From the NCBI GenBank assembly GCA_965205335.1, contig OZ242164.1, positions 209,905-241,904 on the forward strand: 32,000 nucleotides of DNA, in the 5' to 3' direction. Below the pieces are notes generated by a model. The model was not told the origin of the DNA, did not search any database, and saw only the letters and a list, made by a program, of their open reading frames with translations. Source of the stretch: Candidatus Woesearchaeota archaeon (GTDB lineage Archaea; Nanobdellota; Nanobdellia; Woesearchaeales; UBA583). This document shows, piece after piece, positions 25,682 through 31,872 of this stretch; within the stretch, counting starts at the first letter, position 1, and the number at the start of each line of letters is the position of its first letter. Both the position numbers and the translations under genes were made by a program.

Positions 25682-26650
25682 ATGATGAATTTAAAAATTA
25701 AGAAAATTTTATATATGTTATCGGACAATTCAAGAATCAGTTCAAAGAGCATATCAAAAGAAGTAAAGATTACGCAACAAGGCGTAAGTTATCAAATATC
25801 CAAACTTAAAAATACGGGTATAATCAAAAATTTCAGTCTTGTGGCAGATTCCGCAAAATTCGGATACAGCAATTTCTGCGTACTTATAAGGCTGAAAAAA
25901 TACTCAAGAAATTACATCAGAGAGATTATCCGAGAACTCCAAAAGTACAAAGAAATTATTGCAATTAATATTTTGTTTGGAAACTACGACATTTTCCTGA
26001 AATTCTCAACTCACAACTCATCTCAGTTCAACAAAATTCTAAGAGAAATTATTAATAATAATTCCAATAAATTAATAGATTATACAATCCTGACACAAGT
26101 AGTTGTGTATCATTTTTCAAGAGGCTATCTCTCAAGAAGAAAAACAATAAAGCAAGCAATAATTTCAGGAGACAGGGAAATTGTCAATCTGGACAGAATG
26201 AATGTTGAGATAATAAACAAACTAAATGAGAATTCAAGAAAGAATTTCTCCCACATAGCAAATGAACTAAACACAACGTCAAAAACCATAATATTAAGAG
26301 TGAAAAACTTAGAAAGAAAAAAAGTAATAAGAGAATATGGAATAAACATAAACCATACAAAAATAGGCATCAAGAAATACCTTCTATTCATAAGTTTCAA
26401 TTTCATGCATTCAAAAGGGGAAAATATACTTGCGGACTTTTCACACAAATGCCCTAACATAATAGAATTAATAAAAACATTTGGAAGATGGGATGCAATT
26501 CTAGTGATAGAAGTACTAAAAGACGAGGATTTCAGAGAAGTTCTCAATATAATTAAAGAGAAATTCGCAGATTCCATCAAGTATTATGATTTCCTTGAGT
26601 CAGAGGAAACAATAGCATGGAAATATCTTCCAAAATTAAATTCCAACTGA
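25682..26650 (+). CDS. Tandem (duplicated) Lrp/AsnC-family transcriptional regulator
   Basis: It has two HTH segments (ILYMLSDNSRISSKSISKEVKITQQGVSYQISKL and IINKLNENSRKNFSHIANELNTTSKTIILRVKNL). Each is followed by a RAM-like beta-alpha-beta-beta-alpha-beta region. It is divergent from the ATP-grasp operon. Confidence 0.8.
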   Translation: MMNLKIKKILYMLSDNSRISSKSISKEVKITQQGVSYQISKLKNTGIIKNFSLVADSAKFGYSNFCVLIRLKKYSRNYIREIIRELQKYKEIIAINILFGNYDIFLKFSTHNSSQFNKILREIINNNSNKLIDYTILTQVVVYHFSRGYLSRRKTIKQAIISGDREIVNLDRMNVEIINKLNENSRKNFSHIANELNTTSKTIILRVKNLERKKVIREYGININHTKIGIKKYLLFISFNFMHSKGENILADFSHKCPNIIELIKTFGRWDAILVIEVLKDEDFREVLNIIKEKFADSIKYYDFLESEETIAWKYLPKLNSN

Positions 26651-26693
26651 TAAACTCAGGAGTTCTCAATGAGTTAAGTTCCTCTCTTATTCC

Positions 26694-26741
26694 CTATAAT
26701 TACATTTATAAATTTTGAGATTAACTTATACGGATTAATTT
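26694..26741 (+). repeat. Right copy of the ~46-nt direct repeat
   Basis: See 23236-23281. This copy has no gene positioned to use its minus-strand TATA. Confidence 0.7.
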
Positions 26742-26821
26742 CGTTTTAGGTACAGATTATTTATTTAATTATCTGAAATTAAAATTAACATTATTAATTA
26801 AATCCACTTGATTTATACAAA

Positions 26822-27328
26822 ATGGATGAGAAAGATAAAAAAGTTAATCTAAAAGTAAAAAATAGGATTGAAAGGTTAAGTAACCCTAAGTTAAAAGAGG
26901 ATTTACTAACCCTCATAAAGATATTGAGGATTGGTTATGGGATAAAACCTGTAAGACCAAGAACCATAGAAGGATATGTTAACGCTCTAATTCAGCTTAG
27001 TAAATTCAAACCAAACCAGAAATTTCTCGATTATGATAAAAAAGACTTGTTAGAATATTTTAGTTCAATAGATGAAAAAGGAATTTCAAAAAATAGTTTA
27101 AATTTATACAAAATTAAAATAAAAAAATATTTTACGTGGTTATATAGAGAAAATAATTTATGTGGGAGAGAAGAAATACCAGAAATAGTTTCATGGATAA
27201 AAATATCAAAGCAAATAAGAAAAACTAAATATATTGAAACTTCTTTTTTAACAGGACGGTTCAAAAAGGGAATAAATGAAAAGTTGGAAAATCATTCAGA
27301 ACAAATAAAAAAAACACTATCCCTCTAA
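26822..27328 (+). pseudogene. Tyrosine recombinase/integrase, N-terminal SAM-like (core-binding) domain only
   Basis: IEGYVNALIQLSKF, KKDLLEYFSSI and SKNSLNLYKIKIKKYFTWLY fit the integrase N-terminal four-helix domain. The ORF ends after 168 aa. Only ~90 nt remain before tRNA-Thr, so no catalytic RHRY domain can be encoded here. Confidence 0.55.
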
Positions 27329-27417
27329 AACTTAACAGAACCCAGAAATAATCAAAATCCTACCCAAAATTGAACAGAACCGGAAGTCCGGAAATTGAAG
27401 CAGACATTACTGAAAAA

Positions 27418-27489
27418 AGCTACTGCTGGGAATTGAACCCAGGACCTGCACCTTACCAAGGTGCCGTTCTACCACTGAACCACAATAGC
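27418..27489 (-). tRNA. tRNA-Thr (anticodon GGT)
   Basis: Hand-folded on the minus strand as GCTATTG-TG-GTTC-AGTGGTA-GAAC-G-GCACC-TTGGTAA-GGTGC-AGGTC-CTGGG-TTCAATT-CCCAG-CAGTAGC-T. No CCA is encoded. The palindromic TATA GATTTATAAATC lies upstream. Confidence 0.9.
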
Positions 27490-27578
27490 GTTATTAACCT
27501 ACAGATTTATAAATCTCTCTCACCTTAAATATTTAGTGGATTTAAAAATAATTTATACCTAAACCAACATTATAGGGA

Positions 27579-28121
27579 TTAATTCAAAAATTTACTTTTA
27601 ATAATATCAAAACACATATAAAAAAATTCATCCTTACTTGGAACAAAGTCCCGTCTATTCGAGTTGTAATACTCTATTATTTCACTTATTGGAATTAATT
27701 TTATCCCCTCAACTTCCTCATTAGTATTAATTATTCTCTCATCACTTATTCGCACAAAATAAATATACCTAAACTCACTCTCATACCAGTTTGGAATTAC
27801 TTCCTCATCAAAATAGGCTATATGTTCTTCCCCTAAACCTTCCTCTGAGATTTTAATTCCTAATTCTTCTAAGCATTCCCTTACAGCAGCCTGCTTAGGT
27901 TCTTCTCCTGAGTCCACATGCCCAGATACTGATTCTGTATATTTAAGGGGATACTTAACCTCATCTGAACGTTTCTGCAAAATAATCTTATTCTCATCAG
28001 TTACAAACCAAACCACAACTGCTCTGTGGAGTAGCCCCTTTTCATGTATCGTACTATAATCCTTAGACTCTCCTATTAGTTCATTATTCTCATTAACTAT
28101 ATCAATTCTTGGCCACTGCAT
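27579..28121 (-). CDS. Nudix hydrolase (IPP-isomerase-type-1-like)
   Basis: Nudix box GHVDSGEEPKQAAVRECLEELGI. The preceding LLHRAVVVWFV..ILQKRS resembles the Idi type 1 / Nudix N-terminal strand pattern. Confidence 0.85.
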   Translation of the reverse strand: MQWPRIDIVNENNELIGESKDYSTIHEKGLLHRAVVVWFVTDENKIILQKRSDEVKYPLKYTESVSGHVDSGEEPKQAAVRECLEELGIKISEEGLGEEHIAYFDEEVIPNWYESEFRYIYFVRISDERIINTNEEVEGIKLIPISEIIEYYNSNRRDFVPSKDEFFYMCFDIIKSKFLN

Positions 28122-28163
28122 TTTTTAGACTCATTTCTATATAACTTCCCAAACACTATCTCT

Positions 28164-28829
28164 TCATTTATACCTTATAAGTTCATTATCTACAAGCACA
28201 TAATGCTGTAATTCAACTGGTCTCCAATCATCCTCTATTAAATCCGCATTAAGCCATTTTGAAAGTTCCTCTGCATTGCCTATTGTTGCAGAAAGTCCAA
28301 TTATTCTAATCTTAGGATACTTGGCTTTAAAGATTGACAAAAGAATTTCAAGAGTTGGCCCTCTCTTCTCATCATTTATCAAATGAATCTCATCAGCAAT
28401 AACAAGCCCCAAATCTTCAAGAATTTCTCTATTACGCCTAATTAATGAATCCAATTTTTCCGCTGTTAAAATCAGCAAATCATAATCATAATTATATTTC
28501 TCATTCTGAATCTCTCCAACCGAAACTCTTATCTTTACTTTTTCCCCATAAACTTCCTTAAACTCCTTATATTTCTCCCAAGCCAAAGCTTTTAGAGGAA
28601 CTATATAAATTACTCTCTTTTGTTTGTTTAATATTTCATCAAGCATTGCAAGTTCTGCAATAAGAGTTTTCCCTGATGCTGTCGGAGAGCATACTACCTG
28701 ATTTTTATTATTATCAAAAAGTCCCCTTTTAATTGATTTCTCCTGAGAAGGTCTTAGTTTCTCTATTTTAAGTTCTTTCAGAAATCCACGAATATTCTCA
28801 GGGATTTTCAGAATAGTTTCATCAGTCAT
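28164..28829 (-). CDS. Hel308/Ski2-like superfamily 2 helicase, first RecA domain only (truncated or split gene)
   Basis: Motifs Q/I (LRPSQEKSI, SPTASGKT), II (ADEIH) and III (SATIGN), then DWRPVELQ. The ORF stops after 221 aa, and the next gene downstream is the unrelated Nudix gene. Confidence 0.8.
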   Translation of the reverse strand: MTDETILKIPENIRGFLKELKIEKLRPSQEKSIKRGLFDNNKNQVVCSPTASGKTLIAELAMLDEILNKQKRVIYIVPLKALAWEKYKEFKEVYGEKVKIRVSVGEIQNEKYNYDYDLLILTAEKLDSLIRRNREILEDLGLVIADEIHLINDEKRGPTLEILLSIFKAKYPKIRIIGLSATIGNAEELSKWLNADLIEDDWRPVELQHYVLVDNELIRYK

Positions 28830-28864
28830 ACTATCTCACAAGAATTAGAATTTATAAAACTTGG

Positions 28865-29008
28865 GTTATACTGGCTCTGTCCGGAAATTGCTTTTTCCAA
28901 AATCTATGCTAACTATATTCAATCAAAGAAAAAAATTATTCGTCAAAAGTTGCTTTATTGATACAATATTTTAAGTTTTCTTGAATTTCCGGACAGAGCC
29001 GTTATACT
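28865..29008. mobile_element. MITE-like element: 128 bp with perfect 17-bp terminal inverted repeats, flanked by an 8-bp direct duplication
   Basis: TIR-L GGCTCTGTCCGGAAATT at 28873-28889 and TIR-R AATTTCCGGACAGAGCC at 28984-29000. GTTATACT is found at both 28865-28872 and 29001-29008. The 94-nt AT-rich interior has no ORF. Confidence 0.65.
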
Positions 29009-29412
29009 ATTAATATTCAAAGTAAGAACAATTTTTTACAAACACAAAAATAAAATTAGATTACACAGTTGTAATTCAGTACAAAAATAGTTAAAGATAA
29101 GTTAGATAAGTTAATTGAATTTGATAAAAATGAGTTTTCAAGTTTTTGTGATTTGTTTAAGATTTCTTCAAATTCTTTAAGTTTTTCTTTTAGTTCATAT
29201 AGTATGCTTTCAACTTCTGTCATTAATATCATAAGTAAACTATGCATTCAAATAAATTCTCTTTCATTATGTGTAGAAACATTCTTCAAGAAATTTTTAC
29301 TATTAATAATAAAAATGATATAGTTTTTAACTTCAATACAAATTCTTGAAACTTATATCACAATCAATTTTCCCAAAAATTTAAAAGTAATAGAACTTAA
29401 CCCTTATTTATA

Positions 29413-30018
29413 ATGGCAATAATATTTGATTTTGATGGAGTACTCCACGATACATTTGAGTTTCACAGATGTCATATAGAGAAGTTTGCAGGAATTGAGT
29501 TATCTGAGCAAGAATTCAAAGATGTTCACAACGAAAACTTTAATAGTTATAAACACCATGGATTTAGAAGTGTAAACTGGAAAGAATATGAAGAATTTAT
29601 TTATCCAAGTATCTCCCACCTAAGAATAGAAGATAAGATTAAAGATGCAATCTCGAAACTTAGCGAGAATCACGAACTATATATAAACAGTTCAGGAGGA
29701 ACTAGGTGTATTCTAAGTTATTTAGAAAATAATGGTATAGATTCCTTTTTCAGAGAAGTTTTAGGCTCGGACTTTCACAAATCAAAAGTATATAAGTTCA
29801 GGCATATTTTTGGCGAATATGGTTTAACTTCTAATGATTGCATTTTTATAGCTGACACATTAGGAGATATTTTAGAAGCAAAAAAAGTTGAAGTAAGAAC
29901 CATTGCGGTTGTTTCTAAATACCACAATAGAGAAACTTTAGAGCAAGGAAGTCCATATAGGATAATTTCACATTTAGGAGAATTATATGGGATAATAAAT
30001 TCTGATTCTCCCCACTAA
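29413..30018 (+). CDS. HAD-superfamily hydrolase (phosphatase, PGP-like)
   Basis: HAD motif I at the N-terminus (IIFDFDGVLHDT), motif II-like SSGG and a motif IV-like ADTLGD. Confidence 0.8.
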   Translation: MAIIFDFDGVLHDTFEFHRCHIEKFAGIELSEQEFKDVHNENFNSYKHHGFRSVNWKEYEEFIYPSISHLRIEDKIKDAISKLSENHELYINSSGGTRCILSYLENNGIDSFFREVLGSDFHKSKVYKFRHIFGEYGLTSNDCIFIADTLGDILEAKKVEVRTIAVVSKYHNRETLEQGSPYRIISHLGELYGIINSDSPH

Positions 30019-30163
30019 TTAAAAAAATTACTCTTCTCTTCCAAAATAGCAAAATAATTTAAGAAAGGAACACAAACTCTTCAACAAAATAATTAAAGTG
30101 TTCTAATTTTTGTAAAAATTAAATAAACAAAATCTTTTAAATAAGTTTTATTTTGAAATTAAT

Positions 30164-31483
30164 ATGAGGAAAAAAAATTTATTGATAGTATTAATCTTAT
30201 TATTTCTTGCTTTTTTAACTGGTTGTCAGTTTGAAGAGTCTAAACAAAAAGAGGATTTAATTCCTGATAATCCGCCAATTAACGAAGAAACAAGTGGCAT
30301 TGATGTAAAAAAGAATATCTTTAACGAAGAGGAAATAAGAAATTCAGTTATCGATGAAATTAATAATTTAAGACTAGAAAATAATCTTACCTCTATGATT
30401 TATAATGAAAATCTTGAAAACCGAGCAGAGAAATGGGCTTTATATCTTAAAAACACAAATAGTTTTGAAACGAATGAATTTGAAAAAAATTTCGCCCAGA
30501 CTATTCATACAATACCTTATAGTAATAATGTGAAGAATTGTAGAAGAACTAAAACAAACAAAGAAAATGTGGAATGTCTGATGAGAAGTTTTGAAAACTC
30601 TAAGAATATAAAAAATATTTTGAGTTACAACCAATTCGGAGTTGGAGTTGAGTCAGTCTTAGATGATAATGGAATTTACAATGTTTTATATGTTTTCTAT
30701 TTTAACAATAATCTATCTACTATCTCAGACACATACAACCTGAATTTCTCAGAGATTAGAGATAGTGTTTCTCATAAGATAAAAAAAGAAAGAGAGAATA
30801 GAAATCTGCACTTTGTAAGAAGAAATTATAAATTAGATAAAATTGCAGATATAAAAGCAGAAAAACTAATTAATGAAGGGTTTCATCATACCGATGAAGA
30901 AGGGAAAAACATTGATGATATTTTAAAGGAGAACAACTTTTTCTACATAACAGCAGGAGAGAACTTATTTTATACATCCTTGATAGGAAATGAGTCTAAC
31001 GAATATCTTGGAAACCTGTCCGTTTCGAAATGGTTAGAAAGTCCAGGTCACAGGAGTTTGGTTTTAAACAGAGATGACTGGCTATATAGTGATATGGGAA
31101 TTGGCTTGAGTTTAGATAACAAAAATAATCTTTTAAATTTTGTTCTAATCTTTGTCACGCTATCAAAAAAAGGTACAATAGAAGCAGAAAAAGATTACTG
31201 TTACACAATTGAATTATACGATAAAGATCTTTTTGAAGAAGGAGTCTTTGAAGAAGTAGATGTGAATGTTATAATAAATTCTAAGAGAAAAATCTCAAAG
31301 ATGTTTTTAGTTGATGACTCATCTGAAGCAGAAAATTGCTGGGACGGTAACGTGGACGATATTAAAGAATGGAGAAATATCAAAAATTTAAATGAAACCT
31401 TGAAAATCAAAAAAGGATATTCACTTCTGTTAAGAATGAAAAGGGATTCAGAAATAAATTATGTTATTAATTATATTAATTGA
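30164..31483 (+). CDS. Secreted lipoprotein with CAP/SCP (YkwD-like) domains and an extra C-terminal domain
   Basis: Signal peptide with lipobox (LAFLTGC). The second domain shows the CAP signature (AGENLFY...WLESPGHRSLVLN...MGIG). A degenerate first CAP-like segment is present (INNLRLENNL..NRAEKWALYL). Confidence 0.7.
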   Translation: MRKKNLLIVLILLFLAFLTGCQFEESKQKEDLIPDNPPINEETSGIDVKKNIFNEEEIRNSVIDEINNLRLENNLTSMIYNENLENRAEKWALYLKNTNSFETNEFEKNFAQTIHTIPYSNNVKNCRRTKTNKENVECLMRSFENSKNIKNILSYNQFGVGVESVLDDNGIYNVLYVFYFNNNLSTISDTYNLNFSEIRDSVSHKIKKERENRNLHFVRRNYKLDKIADIKAEKLINEGFHHTDEEGKNIDDILKENNFFYITAGENLFYTSLIGNESNEYLGNLSVSKWLESPGHRSLVLNRDDWLYSDMGIGLSLDNKNNLLNFVLIFVTLSKKGTIEAEKDYCYTIELYDKDLFEEGVFEEVDVNVIINSKRKISKMFLVDDSSEAENCWDGNVDDIKEWRNIKNLNETLKIKKGYSLLLRMKRDSEINYVINYIN

Positions 31484-31630
31484 TTTAGCTAATTGCAGAC
31501 AACTTATGATAGGTTCCTATAAATTTAAAGAAACGATTTTGAATATGTGATTAAATTTTCATAATAAATTTTATAAAGAGGTTCTTGTTAATATTTAATG
31601 TGCCGTCAGTTATGGCGGAGCTTAATGGAT

Positions 31631-31704
31631 GGGCTCGTAGCTCAGTCCGGTAGAGCACCGCCCTTGCAAGGCGGGGGCCTCGGGTTCAAATCCCGACGAG
31701 TCCA
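31631..31704 (+). tRNA. tRNA-Ala (anticodon TGC)
   Basis: Hand-folded cloverleaf with acceptor stem GGGCTCG/CGAGTCC, including the G3:U70 alanine identity pair. The anticodon loop is CTTGCAA and the T arm is TCGGG-TTCAAAT-CCCGA. No CCA is encoded. Confidence 0.95.
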
Positions 31705-31872
31705 TTAGGCCTCGCGAGATTTTTACTGTTGCATATTTGATTTATCTTATATGTTAGTAAGTCCCGATGAGTCCATTTGAGTATGCAGCTTTTAAGATCT
31801 ATCTTAAGAGTGAAGAACAAAGGTAATTGCTTGCAATTACTTATGATGTTAAGTATGAAAATAGCCTTATAG

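Noticed and set aside
26125-26580. A 151-aa minus-strand ORF inside the tandem-Lrp gene. Similar antisense or alternate-frame ORFs are 171..497, 3693..3875, 9703..9981, 10653..10877, 11073..11354, 12089..12382, 12748..13002, 14638..14850, 17297..17506, 17440..17658, 18233..18628, 19953..20174, 20433..20639, 21499..21729, 22278..22670, 22969..23283, 23440..23640, 23744..23926, 24241..24492, 25188..25418, 27031..27264, 30440..30634 and 31201..31410.
   Set aside because: Each overlaps a longer ORF on the opposite strand or another frame that has recognisable family motifs or better promoter geometry. Their compositions are hydrophobic/Ser-rich mirror images, and none has a TATA box at the expected spacing.
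29056-29247. A 63-aa minus-strand ORF (MHSLLMILMTEVESILYELKEKLKEF..) in the 400-nt gap between the MITE and the HAD gene
   Set aside because: It is short, has no recognisable motif and no well-placed TATA box, and ends in low-complexity sequence. It could be a real small coiled-coil protein, but the sequence alone does not support calling it.
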